Below, in pieces: positions 1-13,259 of a DNA stretch of 64,000 nucleotides. The stretch spans positions 147,064,001 to 147,128,000 of the forward strand of contig OZ038378.1 of assembly GCA_964036045.1 (NCBI GenBank), written 5' to 3'. A program made the translations under genes and the position numbers. Below the pieces are notes generated by a model that was given only the letters and a program-made list of their open reading frames with translations, had not been told where the DNA came from and made no database searches. Within the stretch, counting starts at the first letter, position 1, and every line of letters starts with the position of its first letter. Source of the stretch: Eutreptiella sp. 'Long Island Sound 2002'. Its lineage: Eukaryota > Protista > Euglenida.

Positions 1-3000
1 CGCTACCATTAGTACGGCTGTACACAACCATCCTGCCGGGGGAGGGGGGAGGGGGGGTTCGGCCGCTCCATAACAACGCCCCCGCTACCATTAGTACGGC
101 TGTACACAACCATCCTGCCGGGGGAGGGGGGGGAGGGGGGGTTCGGCCGCTCCATAACAACGCCCCCGCTACCATTAGTACGGCTGTACACAACCATCCT
201 GCCGGGGGAGGGGGGGGAGGGGGGGTTCGGCCGCTCCATAACAACGCGCCCGCTACCATTAGTACGGCTGTACACAACCATCCTGCCGGGGGAGGGGGGG
301 GGGGGGGGTTCGGCCGCTCCATAACAACGCCCCCGCTACCATTAGTACGGCTGTACACAACCATCCTGCCGGGGGAGGGGGGAGGGGGGGTTCGGCCGCT
401 CCATAACAAGGCCCCCGCTACCATTAGTACGGCTGTACACAACCATCCTGCCGGGGGAGGGGGGAGGGGGGGTTCGGCCGCTCCATAACAACGCCCCCGC
501 TACCATTAGTACGGCTGTACACAACCATCTTGCCGGGGGAGGGGGGGGAGGGGGGGTTCGGCCGCTCCATAACAACGCCCCCGCTACCATTAGTACGGCT
601 GTACACAACCATCCTGCCGGGGGAGGGGGGGAGGGGGGGTTCGGCCGCTCCAAAACAACGCCCCCGCTACCATTAGTACGGCTGTACACAACCATCCTGC
701 CGGGGGAGGGGGGGGGGGGGGTTGGGCCGCTCCATAACAACGCCCCCGCTACCATTAGTACGGCTGTACACAACCATCCTGCCGGGGGAGGGGGGAGGGG
801 GGGTTCGGCCGCTCCATAACAACGCCCCCGCTACCATTAGTACGGCTGTACACAACCATCCTGCCGGGGGAGGGGGAGGGGGGGTTCGGCCGCTCCATAA
901 CAACGCCCCCGCTACCATTAGTACGGCTGTACACAACCATCCTGCCGGGGGAGGGGGGAGGGGGGGTTCGGCCGCTCCATACCAACGCCCCCGCTACCAT
1001 TAGTACGGCTGTACACAACCATCCTGCCGGGGGAGGGGGGGGAGGGGGGGTTCGGCCGCTCCATAACAAGGCCCCCGCTACCATTAGTACGGCTGTACAC
1101 AACCATCCTGCCGGGGGAGGGGGGGGAGGGGGGGCTCGGCCGCTCCATAACAACGCCCCCGCTACCATTAGTACGGCTGTACACAACCATCCTGCCGGGG
1201 GAGGGGGGGGAGGGGGTTCGGCCGCTCCATAACAACGCCCCCGCTACCATTAGTACGGCTGTACACAACCATCCTGCCGGGGGAGGGGGGGAGGGGGTTC
1301 GGCCGCTCCATAACAACGCCCCCGCTACCATTAGTACGGCTGTACACAACCATCCTGCCGGGGGAGGGGGGGGGGAGGGGGTTCGTCCGCTCCATAACAA
1401 CGCCCCCGCTACCATTAGTACGGCTGTACACAACCATCCTGCCGGGGGGGGGGGGGGGAGGGGGTTCGGCCGCTCCATAACAACGCCCCTGCTGGATTAG
1501 TACGGCTGTACACAACCATCCTGCCGGGGGAGGGGGGGGAGGGGGTTCGGCCGCTCCATAACAACGCCCCCGCTACCATTAGTACGGCTGTACACAACCA
1601 TCCTGCCGGGGGAGGGGGGGGAGGGGGGGTTCGGCCGCTCCATAACAACGCCCCCGCTACCATTAGTATGGCTGTACACAACCATCCTGCCGGGGGAGGG
1701 GGGAGGGGGGGTTCGGCCGCTCCATAACAAGGCCCCGCTACCATTAGTACGGCTGTACACAACCATCCTGCCGGGGGAGGGGGGGGAGGGGGTTCGGCCG
1801 CTCCATAACAACGCCCCCGCTACCATTAGTACGGCTGTACACAACCATCCTGCCGGGGGAGGGGGGAGGGGGGGTTCGGCCGCTCCATAACAACGCCCCC
1901 GCTACCATTAGTACGGCTGTACACAACCATCCTGCCGGGGGAGGGGGGGTCGGCCGCTCCATAACAACGCCCCCGCTACCATTAGTACGGCTGTACACAA
2001 CCATCCTGCCGGGGGAGGGGGGGGAGGGGGTTCGGCCGCTCCATAACAACGCCCCCGCTACCATTAGTACGGCTGTACACAACCATCCTGCCGGGGGAGG
2101 GGGGAGGGGGGGTTCGGCCGCTCCATAACAACGCCCCCGCTACCATTAGTACGGCTGTACACAACCATCCTGCCGGGGGAGGGGGGGGAGGGGGGGTTCG
2201 GCCGGTCCATAACAAGGCCCCCGCTACCATTAGTACGGCTGTTCCACAACCATCCTGCCGGGGGAGGGGGGGAGGGGGTTCGGCCGCTCCATAACAACGC
2301 CCCCGCTACCATTAGTACGGCTGTACACAACCATCCTGCCGGGGGAGGGGGGGGAGGGGGTTCGGCCGCTCCATAACAACGCCCCCGCTACCATTAGTAC
2401 GGCTGTACACAACCATCCTGCCGGGGGAGGGGGGGGAGGGGGTTCGGCCGCTCCATAACAACGCCCCCGCTACCATTAGTACGGCTGTACACAACCATCC
2501 TGCCGGGGGAGGGGGGGGAGGGGGTTCGGCCGCTCCATAACAACGCCCCCGCTACCATTAGTACGGCTGTACACAACCATCCTGCCGGGGGAGGGGGGGG
2601 AGGGGGGGTTCGGCCGCTCCATAACAACGCCCCCGCTACCATTAGTACGGCTGTACACAACCATCCTACCGGGGAGGGGGGGGAGGGGGTTCGGCCGCTG
2701 CATACCAAGGCCCCCGCTACCATTAGTACGGCTGTACACAACCATCCTGCCGGGGGAGGGGGGGGAGGGGGGGTTCGGCCGCTCCATAACAAGGCCCCCG
2801 CTACCATTAGTACGGCTGTACACAACCATCCTGCCGGGGGAGGGGGGAGGGGGGGTTCGGCCGCTCCATACCAAGGCCCCGCTACCATTAGTACGGCTGT
2901 ACACAACCATCCTGCCGGGGGAGGGGGGAGGGGGGGCTCGGCCGCTCCATAACAACGCCCCCGCTACCATTAGTACGGCTGTACACAACCATCCTGCCGG

Positions 3001-3122
3001 GGGAGGGGGGGGAGGGGGGGTTCGGCCGCTCCATAACAAGGCCCCCGCTACCATTAGTACGGCTGTACACAACCATCCTGCCGGGGGAGGGGGGGGAGGG
3101 GGGGTTCGGCCGCTCCATAACA
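1..3122. repeat. ~82-bp tandem satellite (~38 copies), G-run rich, continues past the left edge of the window
   Basis: Unit cgctaccattagtacggctgtacacaaccatcctgcc-G5-a-G6/8-a-G5/7-ttcggccgctccataacaacgcccc repeats head-to-tail. Variation is mostly in G-run length plus a few SNPs. The array ends abruptly at ~3122. Confidence 0.98.
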
Positions 3123-4864
3123 AGGTGTCTCGCAAAGAAGGGGCGAAACAAGGGCGTGCCAAAACATACAGGAGATGCGAACTGTGCCGCGCATCCCCAG
3201 CGAGCAGGGGAGCATTGTCTGAGCAGCAACTCTAGGTTGTGGCACTCCTAATGACTGTCCCGACAGGCATCTGAGGGACTCCTGTGAATATACAAAGATG
3301 GATGGAGGGGAGGTGCACATTGGTCAAGACAAGTGTTTTTCTTTGTTGATGCCTGTGTACAAACCAGCAGTATATTATAGTAGTAGTAATAACAATAAGT
3401 AATAATATAGTAGTAATAATCACAAGGCACCCCCCCTGTACTTCCCCCCCCTTGTAATAGCTACGCAAAAGTACCAAATTAACACGGTCCCTACGCCTAC
3501 TGTAGCTTGCACAAGGCCGTAGACGTCCAGGTTCAAACAGGGAAGATTGCCTGGTGAGCTGGTTCAACAAGAGGGAATATATTGCACAAATATTCCCAAA
3601 AGCAGAGCTCTGTGGGTTCAAGTGGGCAAACACTCACAACAAATGTGTCCATGACTCCATGTAATTGGCAGATTTGTCAGCTCATGGGGCTGCACTGCAT
3701 TTGTACTGAATCAAATGAGGTACCAAATCAATACGGTCTCTACACCCGCTGTGGCTTGGACAAGGGCGTACCCTCCCCCCCCCCTTGCGCAAGCACGGCC
3801 AAGGTCAGAAAAACAACGGTCACACGGGGTCCCCGTGCTTAGACAAGCCCGTGCTTGCGCGCGACGCGCAACACAAAGAGACACTGCACACAGAAAACCT
3901 GCCCGTACCCCACACCAAGCACATCACTCACAAACATGGCACTAGAACACAGAATGTTGTTGTGAGCAAGAGGAACCATCACAAACATGACCCAGCCCTT
4001 CTTTCCCTGTACCATCAGCGCACAATCACGAAACAATGAATTTCTGACCATAAAAACCGTGGTCAGAGAAACCCATCAAAACAACGGTCACACGGGGTCT
4101 TCGTGCTTAGACAAGGCCGTGCTTGCGCAAGGGGGGGTAGCTTGTACAAGGTGGTGAGGGTTGGCACAAGGCCTTGGTGGTTGGCTCTGTTAGCCTTTGG
4201 TGGCGCCTATTGGCCTCTCGCCCTTGAATAAGCAGGCATCCGCACTGCCGCGGGCATCCACCTTCCTGGAGGGGTATCCAGAATGCAACTTCTGCCCATG
4301 GCGTCCTCCCCTGACGGCCTGATCAGTGTCCGGTATGCGGTCATCACGAAGACCCCAGGCTGGGAGGTGCTCACCACAACCAACGTGAATGTCACACAAG
4401 GCCATGGGTCCCAGCTCACCAATGTGTGACTTGCCGGTAGTGCGGTGCAGTAATATCTTCTGCTATCAATATCATTATCAATATCCTGTGTGGCATTGGG
4501 AGCACGTGGAAAAGAGCCTTTGGCGCCGACAGAGAGCTAGAGGCTCCACCGCTGCCCACGGTGATGTTTGCCCAGTGGATGCTCTCTGTTGCCAGGCCTC
4601 AGCGGCAGGTTAGGCTGCATGCTGTACACCATAGTTTGGTGCTGGACGGGAAAGCTCTGCTGCAGTTGGAAGGGGGGGTTGCCATCCATCCTGGCAAGCC
4701 CTGGGATGGCCCTGCAAACCCTCCTCAGGGAGGGTACAGCCCCCCTCCCAACGCTCTCTAAGGGCACCAGAGGCCCGGCATAGCCGTCATCACTGTGTGC
4801 GACGCGCGACACTTCTCTCCTTGACAAGTCCCCAGTGATAGGCACTGCCCAGGATGCTTAACAA

Positions 4865-5690
4865 TCGCAGAACCCCGAGTCTGAAGGACAGCGGCTGATG
4901 TATGTCGCATCTGCAACATTCTGTGAACGAAAACTGCAGCAGTTCCAATATGACCTCAAGACAAATTTCTCTTCGGTGCCTACTATTTCCACTGTTTTTT
5001 GTCAAAGTGACGGCCCCCGCCATGGGGGAGGCGCGGGATAGCAAGGGGCGGGGGGATTACAGGAAAAGGGGAGGGGTGCATGGGCTGTCTTGCCCTTGAT
5101 ACTCACGATACAGACCCATTGCTACAGAAGAGCCGCAGCCAAGACGGTATGGGATCCGATGCCTGGCATTGCAGTGGCATCATATCCAACCCAAGATGAG
5201 CTGCCTCACCGTATGGTACTTGAGACCACCTCTCGGAATCAAGGTCTAGAGCGGTCCAGTGCTACGATGATCCCACAAACGACCGCGGCAGCGGATCTGA
5301 CACGTAGTGGGGGATTGGCCGGGATCGCAATCGAACCTGCCACGCCCGAATAAACATCAAGTGAACCACGTCCTTTCTGCAAATCTGAAGGAATACCGAC
5401 GAACCAACAAACACGAGTACCACACGGCGTGAAACACAGCAATAGAACATGATTCAGATGCACAAGACCGCACCTGACATGCTGACATTCGGCTGCAGCC
5501 TCCAGCCAAATGGTGGCCGTATAAAGCAGAGGCAAGACGTGCAAGGGGCAATGATCAGTTCTTGTCCTCTGACCCCCAAAGTGGGTGTTTGGCATCGTCA
5601 GGGTCGTGGGGAGTGCGGACACGCCTGATTGACGATTGCGGAACACCGAGTCTGAAGGACAGCGGCTGCTGCAACATTCTGTGAACGGTC
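4865..5690. repeat. pair of ~60-75-bp direct repeats about 770 bp apart
   Basis: ccgagtctgaaggacagcggctg...ctgcaacattctgtgaacg at ~4875-4930 and ~5647-5687. Confidence 0.7.
5222..5310 (+). repeat. dispersed ~90-bp repeat, copy 1 (others at ~17621-17720, 44778-44860, 46729-46780 partial, 62685-62770)
   Basis: Shared core ctctcggRatcaagg...gtccagtgctacgatgatcccacaa...agcggatctgacac, seen by eye at five loci. Confidence 0.8.
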
Positions 5691-8556
5691 GAGGGTTGGG
5701 CTAAATTCGCCGTGGAAGGGGGGCTGCACACATGGGGCCTGGACACGGGAGGAAGGGAGAGGGGGCCGCGCGCACGTCACCGCCTTCGGGCGGCGTGGTG
5801 CTGCCGCCCTCCTTCTCCAGGAGGTACCCCGCGTCGATTCGCGCGCGGACGGGGGACGGGGGCCGTCCGTAGACCGGACTGGGGGGCGGACGACACCCTC
5901 CCACCCCTGCACACCCCACACACGGCGGAGCCAGGCAGGAGCACCTCAGGCATCGCTGCGGACACCGCCCGTTGTTATAACCCGTTCACATCATTTCCCA
6001 TCCAAGTCACCTGCACCCTACGCTGGCCCTGGGGCAGGCGGCGTCACGGGGGGGGCGACTACAACCGGTCCTGATGCGACCCACCCCCCCAACTATCTTT
6101 CAACACTTGGGGGGGGGGGGGGGGGGGGGGCAGTTTGGGGGATCAATGGTCGGTTCCGATAGACTGAATGTCCCCGCCATAGACAATTCCAGCCATTAGT
6201 CCAGCAGTACTGCGAAGTCCAATCAATGCACGTGTCCCCTTCTTGGTAGGGGTGCTCCACTATGTAAAGTACAGTGAGGCGTTTTTTGCGGTTAGCTCTG
6301 CGGGTCACTTGAGTGCTTGTCATTTCTGCCGATTCTAAAGAACAACCAGGATCAATAAAATAGCAGTCATCCATAAGGTGTGGACTGCATTCATTGTACT
6401 ACTTGCAAACTGACTGGGCTGCATAGCATGGCACTCATTCGGCCTGTCCCCTTCAGTTGCTGTTTAGTTTCAAACAGAGCAGGGGGAAACATACAATAGG
6501 AGGTGAGGAGGGTGTGAGGGGGGGCAGTTGGGGGGGGGGGGGGGGGGTCCAGCCGGGGGTCGGGGGGGGGTGTTCCTCCGGGGGGGGGGGGGGGGGTCGC
6601 ATACAACGATGCGGCCCGGCCGCCCCCCCCCCCCCGTGGGCGGCGTTCTTTCGCAAGGCCGGAATCAGGGAGGAGGACGGTGGGACGGATGGTGCGGACA
6701 TTCTGCGGTTGTGGCACGTCTCTGACCCGCCTCCCTGAGGCCAGGGCATCCACTGCGTTCCATGCGGAAGTCGTCCGATCGGTGCTTCGGGGGCAAACCC
6801 TCTGTTTTTTGGCACAACACGTGGGCCCCAGTCGCCGTGCCAGTGCAACAGCAAAGAACGCGTGGTGCACGGCACTCCCCCCCCCCCCAGCCCCACAACA
6901 GAGAAGCCTCGGCCCAAACCATCGAAGGAACCGCTTCGGTAGGGCAGCATTCAACCGAAGCGCCTGCACAAGGCTGTGCATGCCCACGCCGCTGGTACAC
7001 AAATGGAAAGCCATTGGCACAGATTAGCAACGCGTGCGCAGTCCGCCGCCCCCACTGGGGGACCGTCCTTTGGATGCCGCTGCACCCAAAGCGGTCCCCG
7101 GAGGTCGCGGTGCACCACCGTAAACGAGCCCTTTTTTTCGATCAAGTGCCGCGTTGTGATACATCATAGCCAAATGGCGCAAAGTGTTGTTGCCCATATG
7201 CAAACGGTCCTTTGTCTGGATGTGACCCATCAAACTGAACGTTCGCTCAACATGGCCAAGCAAACTGGGGAGACATGGGGCAGGCAGAATGTCTCCCGTG
7301 CAACCAGAGCAGGAGCAGGCAGACAGACACATGAACTCAAAAAATTGGATGCTGCGGCATTCTGTGGCATGCTTCAACAGCCCCATGTGCAGCTCCAAAA
7401 AAACGGGTACTGCGGCTGCACATGCAACCCCCGAAGGGTGCAGGATCGGCAGAGATACGGACACGCAATGGGTGCCGGTGCCGCCCGCGCACCGCGCACA
7501 CCGCGTCCTTCGAGCGTCCCGGGGTGTACGCCATGCGGCAGGGCATGGCCCAGGGGCTTGAGGCGGGGTGACGTGATGACGTGCGGCGCAGCGTGCGCAT
7601 CAGGGCTCGGCATGGGATGCAGGAGCACGCGCATGCCGTGGTGCCCTGTGCGCCCCGCGTGCACCGCGCGGGCGGCACCCTCCGTTTCTGTCCGTTTGGA
7701 GGTGCCCGCTTGTGAGGGGGCCGTTCAATGGGCTACGGCACAAACTGCCAAACTACATCCGCGGAGACGGAGGGTGCCCAGGGGCCTCCCCATTGAAACT
7801 GGAGGGAGGGGGGTCTGCTTTGTGTTACCAAACAGAGGACTGCGATGTTGAGAGGCAGAGAGGCACCGCATCGCAGCGCTGGAGCTGAGAAGGACAGGGG
7901 GATGGAGGCAGGAGGCAGGAGTGGGGGAGTGGAATGAACGTGCCGACACAACAAGGGAATCGGCAAACGACCGTGCAAACGTGGGAAGGGGGCCGTGCAA
8001 GTTGCAGGAGGGATGACCCGCGGGGCGGGCCCTCAAACGGGGTGTTGAACATCGTGGGGGCTGTGGGACATGCAGGCGCGCCTGACTTCGACTGCAAGGC
8101 GCCGGGTTTGAGGGCACTGGCCGAGGGGTTCGGTGCATGCCACATCACGCGCATGCTCCACGCTGCAGTGGGGCATGGACGGACCGCCCCGCATCGACCG
8201 GGCGGAGGACATCGGCCCCACACGACGCACTCAGACGCCGGGCGAGGGGCAGCTGAAGTCCTGCGAGGACCGCGGCTGCGGGGGTGCGCGCGGTGCGCTC
8301 GGGCAGGGGGGGGCACAGCAGACACGACGACCGTGCGACTGCGGGATCCAATTATCACTCAGACCCGGGGAAGTCGAAGGATCAAAGTGGCACGCCCGGA
8401 CGAAGGTGCCGCCATCCGCCAAAGACGTGCCACTCCCCCCCCCCCCCTCCCGGCGCGCACACGGCGCACACCGCGCAGGCGCTCCCCCCCGTAGACCGGC
8501 CCACCCCCTGACTATCCTTTGCCACGAGCATCCAGGACTTGGACAGCCCCCCCCTT

Positions 8557-10275
8557 TTACACATCGACTGCCCCCGGCACGGACTCCGACGTGCAACTGT
8601 CAGCGCTGGTCAAGCCTTCAGACCCAGACTCACTGCCATCCTCCGTGGCACACCCGGAATCGTTGGCGCTGGGGCGCCGGAGCTCGGGCCTAACGCAGAC
8701 CGGGATGCCCAGCTCAGCGCACGCGGCCGTCAGGGACCCCCCCAAGTCCTGCGCGGCCTCACAGCCCTGAGACTTGGTCGTGCACGCAAACAAGTCCCTC
8801 ACGAACGCCCTCCGCGCCCGCGCCAGCAGCGGGGCATGCCCCGCATGCAGCATGAGGAGGCTGGGCAGGCCCTTGCACTGGGGCGGATGCACCACTGCAC
8901 TGGGGCGGGGCTGTACCACCAGGACGCCCTCCTCGGACACTTCATCGAACACCCGGACGTAACCGTCAGGAACACCGAAGGCCGCGTCCACGACGCACAC
9001 GCGGTCCCAGTCATGACCGGCCCCGTGCGTTCGGAAGACGTGCTCCTCGATCCGCGTCTTCATCAGCTGCGCCGCCGGGGGCTTCAGCCCGGGCACGCGC
9101 GTCGGGAGGGAGAGGCAGAGGAGATCGGCCTCGTTGACGGCGGCGAAGTCCGAGAAGCGGCACGCGGTGCCGCGGCCATCCTCCTCCGACGGGCAGCAGG
9201 ACGGCCCCAGGGCGACGACCACGACCACGCGGCGGGACACGGGCTTGTGCCGGAGGGTGGCAACGAACGGCGGCAGCCCCGCACAAAACTGCATCAGCCT
9301 CGCGACAGACTCGAGGGCCCTCTGCTGCGTGGCCTGCGCGGCTTCGAGCTCCCGCTGCTGCTGCGCCTGCAACTTGGCCAGCTGCCGTGCCAGGGCCGTG
9401 GTCTCGTGCACCAGTCGGCGGTTCACCTTCTGCAGCTGGTCCACGCGCACCTTCATCTCCTGATTGAGCGCGTTCTTCTGTTTGGCCGCGGACTTTTGAA
9501 CCGTCCGCAGCCTCGACCGCTCCTCCGAAGATTCCTTGTCCAAGTGGGCCAGGAATGCCGCACCCTCCTCCCGGGCCACGGCGGCGGGGCTGTGGCCGGC
9601 CCCCGACCTGCCCAAGTAATTCCGGCACTGGACGGCCGTAGCGAACAGCAGCTTCTTGTCGTGGCAGGCGATTTGGCCATCTCCCAGTCTCTCCCACCCG
9701 GTCTTAGGCACCGCGCTGTGCCCGAACAAGGCCAAATACCTCTTGTGTTGTCTCTGGAGTTGCGTCTCAAAATCCTTCGCGCGCTGCAGTTGTGCGGCCG
9801 ATGAATCGAGGCTGGCGTGGCGGATCACATTTGCCGGACCCGGCGGTTGCATCGTGCTCGTATCACGTGCGATGGACGTGAAGAGGTCGGACGGTCGACG
9901 GGGGCAACGATCTCCATAATACTGTCCCGTGGCATTACCAGTTCCCCCGGCTGAGTCAGCATCGTCTTCGATGTAGCTGAATGCAACAGCACCCGGGAAA
10001 CTATACGGTCGATGCGTCATGAGGGTGTTGTACGACATTGGCGCACCATTGAGATACTTGCAGTCATCTGTTGGGGCTTCGTTCATGTGGTCAGCCTGTG
10101 TTTTTGAAGCACTAGCCGTATCAGTGCAGTCGTTTTGAGCCGTAGAAGAGGTGGACAACGGGGAGCTTGCTGCTGGAGGGCAAAGTGTTGGTGGGGAGTC
10201 GGCCAACGCATCGGCTTCAGTAGAGCAGGGACGCGGGTTGGGTCCAGCATGAGAAGGACTGGTCAACGGAACCAT
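8557..10275 (-). CDS. hypothetical protein, 572 aa: low-complexity N-terminus, central coiled coil, alpha/beta C-terminal region; may continue into downstream exons
   Basis: Long stop-free ORF with GC3-rich codons in the 3' two-thirds and a heptad-like stretch (KNALNQEMKVRVDQLQKVNRRLVHETTALARQLAKLQAQQQRELEAAQ). No family recognised. Confidence 0.7.
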   Translation of the reverse strand: MVPLTSPSHAGPNPRPCSTEADALADSPPTLCPPAASSPLSTSSTAQNDCTDTASASKTQADHMNEAPTDDCKYLNGAPMSYNTLMTHRPYSFPGAVAFSYIEDDADSAGGTGNATGQYYGDRCPRRPSDLFTSIARDTSTMQPPGPANVIRHASLDSSAAQLQRAKDFETQLQRQHKRYLALFGHSAVPKTGWERLGDGQIACHDKKLLFATAVQCRNYLGRSGAGHSPAAVAREEGAAFLAHLDKESSEERSRLRTVQKSAAKQKNALNQEMKVRVDQLQKVNRRLVHETTALARQLAKLQAQQQRELEAAQATQQRALESVARLMQFCAGLPPFVATLRHKPVSRRVVVVVALGPSCCPSEEDGRGTACRFSDFAAVNEADLLCLSLPTRVPGLKPPAAQLMKTRIEEHVFRTHGAGHDWDRVCVVDAAFGVPDGYVRVFDEVSEEGVLVVQPRPSAVVHPPQCKGLPSLLMLHAGHAPLLARARRAFVRDLFACTTKSQGCEAAQDLGGSLTAACAELGIPVCVRPELRRPSANDSGCATEDGSESGSEGLTSADSCTSESVPGAVDV

Positions 10276-12733
10276 CGTGTTGCGAAAAAAGGGGATGGGA
10301 AGTTACAGGCCCTAGAAACAAGCGAACATGTAAACATTACGCGTGCAGAGTATGACTCCGCATATTGTGTGACTTGTTTTTTTTTTTTGACTCAGATACA
10401 CAAGTTCGTCGTAAGTGCTCGGCCAGACGGACCGGATCAGTAATGACAGTGTAAGTACAACATATCTTGTCCCATGCGATACCTGAGTCGCATACCACCA
10501 GTGGTGGGAGTGTGACTCCGCATATTGTGTGACTTGCACATCTATCTTCCTTGTTATAAATGGTGCGAGGGTCGTGTCCGCAAGATCCTGTGAGGAGGAC
10601 CCTACGAACCATTTTAAATCGTGAATCCTGCCAAACACTGTTCAACGTGGCAAAATTGTTTGGCCGGTGGGTACACACTCCATTGTTTATCCTGGTGTGC
10701 TAATGCCTTGCAGACTCTGAAGAGAAACTGGGAAATCAGACTTTAGGCATCACTCTACACGGTGGTCAACCCACAGCAACGTGTTGGTAAGCTCGCACCA
10801 TCCCAAGGGTTTGCACCATCCCCGGCATTCACGGTATGGTGCGGGCAGTAGCTGCCAGGCCCCAAGGCGGTCTCCTCAAACCACAAGGTTCAACCCCTGC
10901 CTCCGTTCACACAGCTAGAACCATCTGCTCCGATTGCAATGCCCTCCTGTGGGCAAATAAGGGACTGGCTTGCCCTGAGGGCCCAAGAATTCAACCCTCG
11001 GGCAAGGGTGGGCAGCGACGTGTTTCAAATTGGCGCACACCCGGACTAGCGACCACACGCACGCACACGCAGCTTTTTTATGATAGTGTCCCACCAGCCA
11101 GCGGGTCCAAAATTATGCTCAATGCCGTAGCGCCTGCCAAAAAATCATGAACAACATTTGAGCAGTGGGTGACACGATCCACTGTGATGGTGCCCTGGAA
11201 TGGTGATTTGCATAGGCGGGGGGCTTGCTGCGCACCATGCAAAAATTGGACCATTTTCCATTCCCAAGCGGAAGGAAGCCAAAATGACGTGAATTCAGGC
11301 TTCGCACTATGACGCTTCATTCCTTATTTTTTTTTCAATGACAATGGGTTGCCGCTGTCAAGATATGTTCCTTGGGGAGTATTGGGTGTCATTTGCCTGG
11401 TAAAGTGAACAGTGTTGCTGACGCTTCAGGTAGATGGCCATGTGCTGCCTCCGAGAACTATCAATCCACTCACATTCATGGTAGCAAGCTGGAAAAAAAT
11501 ATCATAATTGAGTGGGATCGTGACGAGAAGAAGTTGATTAAATGCCACTGCCTGCAATGTTTTGTCCGTGAAGGCACCTTGCCTTGCTATGACATAACTG
11601 TTGTCCCTGATTCTGAGTGTATCCACATTGAAGTTGCTTTAGTCAGAGTTGACAGTGTGAAATGCCACCGGCGGCACACTCTGGGGTCTAAATTTTACAA
11701 AAAAGAAATTCCAGTGCACAAATATAAATGTATACACCTGTACCCATCGCACAATGACATGCATGGGAGTCCCTGCCCATGCAAGAGCCACAGATCTCGT
11801 ACGGCATCATGCTGCCACCCAACGGCGTGGTAACCCGTACTTTAGAATAATTGTCGCATAGGGAGTACAACACGACTCCAATTGGGGGAAAGTCCGGGCG
11901 GGAGGACTATGATGGTACCCGCACCTCCACACCGCACCCCATGCCCCCATTGGGGTCATGACACAGCACCCACTTCAGCATGCAGCTGCGAGGCCTGATT
12001 TGCGAACACTAAGTGCCTTACTGGCTCGTAAGAGCAAGAGGGCAACGACATCATCCGAATCAAATCTCGCCTATGTGGCCCTCTATGCAAGGAAAGCAAG
12101 CATACCCCACACCCACTGTATCAAGTTTCTACCCTACCAACCCCCCCTCCCCCCCACACACAACCATCGGATTGGGTGGACACTGGGCCGAAGCAGGAAC
12201 CGCACACAGGGTTGTCAACAAACAGACGAGCACCAACGCCAAGTCCGAGTGTGAATCTCTTCGTCAGTTGGTCATCGAACAAGACAAAGCATGTTCAACG
12301 CCAATAGACGCCTTTTTGCAGGGGCAGGAGCACAAATTGGATCCTCAACCAACAAAGGGAAACGGCCCGGTGCTCCCCTGTGGCAGAACCGGCAAGACTG
12401 ATGACGACGTCATGTGTGTTGTACGACCCAGTGGCAGGATGCAGACCAGGGCTTGTATGCACCATGCGACATATACGTGTGATCTCATCGGCCCACACCT
12501 CCACAGGTGATGGATCAGTTCTGCCGTGGCCCCCTGTCCCGTAGGGTGGGGTAGAGTGGGGCGGGGGGGGGGGGCTGTGGCAGGGGATTGGGCCAGTGGC
12601 ATGTACTCTCCCGAGGGTCCCGGAGGCTGCAGTGACCCTCCCCAGCCTGCCACTGTCTGTCCACACATGAGCCTGGACACGCGCCCAGCGGGTTGCCTCT
12701 CCTGTGCCACCCCCCCACTCAAGCGCTTGATGG

Positions 12734-12925
12734 CTACGAGAGCTTAATGGCCGGGAACTCGTAGCCCACCTGCTCCAGATCCTGCAGCCAGTCGCGCATC
12801 AAGAGCACGTCCTCCATCTCGAAGATGCCGCGCTCGTACAGGTCAACGGTGAGCTGCAGCAGGCGCTTGGGCAGGGTCTGCTCCTGCGACTTCCACTCCC
12901 GCAGGTAGAGGACCAGTCCCGAGGC
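12734..12925 (-). CDS. STELLO/DUF288-like glycosyltransferase, exon 3 (terminal)
   Basis: ttcag| acceptor, phase 0, 192 nt. ASGLVLYLREWKSQEQTLPKRLLQLTVDLYERGIFEMEDVLLMRDWLQDLEQVGYEFPAIKLS* resembles the DUF288 C-terminal region. Absent from the ORF track in this frame; translated by hand. Confidence 0.85.
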   Translation of the reverse strand, partial: ASGLVLYLREWKSQEQTLPKRLLQLTVDLYERGIFEMEDVLLMRDWLQDLEQVGYEFPAIKLS

Positions 12926-13259
12926 CTGAACCCAATGGACGGGGCATGCGGCACTAAACCGGGCACCACAACACAGCGCTCAAAAGGGGGTCGTCCAGCA
13001 ACCAAACGGGCACGTCCAGCCACGGGCCGCTGCAGGGCAAAGACAAGCTTCCCCACCTCCCGGGGGAGGGGGGGGGCGACCCCTCGGTTCTGGACGCCAA
13101 CTACCCCCCCAACTAACTGTTGGCCGAAGGCCCCTTGTGGGGGGGGGGGGGGGGGTAGTTGGCGTCCTAGGACCCGCGGAGTCGCCCCCTTCCCGGGTTC
13201 CCCACCTCCCGGGCCTGGACTGCGACAAAGAGCCGACAATCGCCGTTTGGTTTACCGCT

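Noticed and set aside
1-3122. CRISPR array, or the many 60-230-aa ORFs (MVVYSRTNGSGG..., MCTAVLMVAG...)
   Set aside because: There are no unique spacers and no cas genes. The ORFs are translations of the satellite, with frames set by homopolymer length.
8820-8900. Caspase/CHAT-like dyad (LLMLHAGHA ... DLFACTT) in the orphan ORF
   Set aside because: The His-to-Cys spacing (~17 aa) is far shorter than in CHAT/caspase folds, so it is probably chance.
8539-9804. 421-aa + strand ORF (also 13650-14573, 16302-17096 and 60031-61206)
   Set aside because: These are antisense shadows of GC-rich minus-strand coding sequence, or run through repeats.
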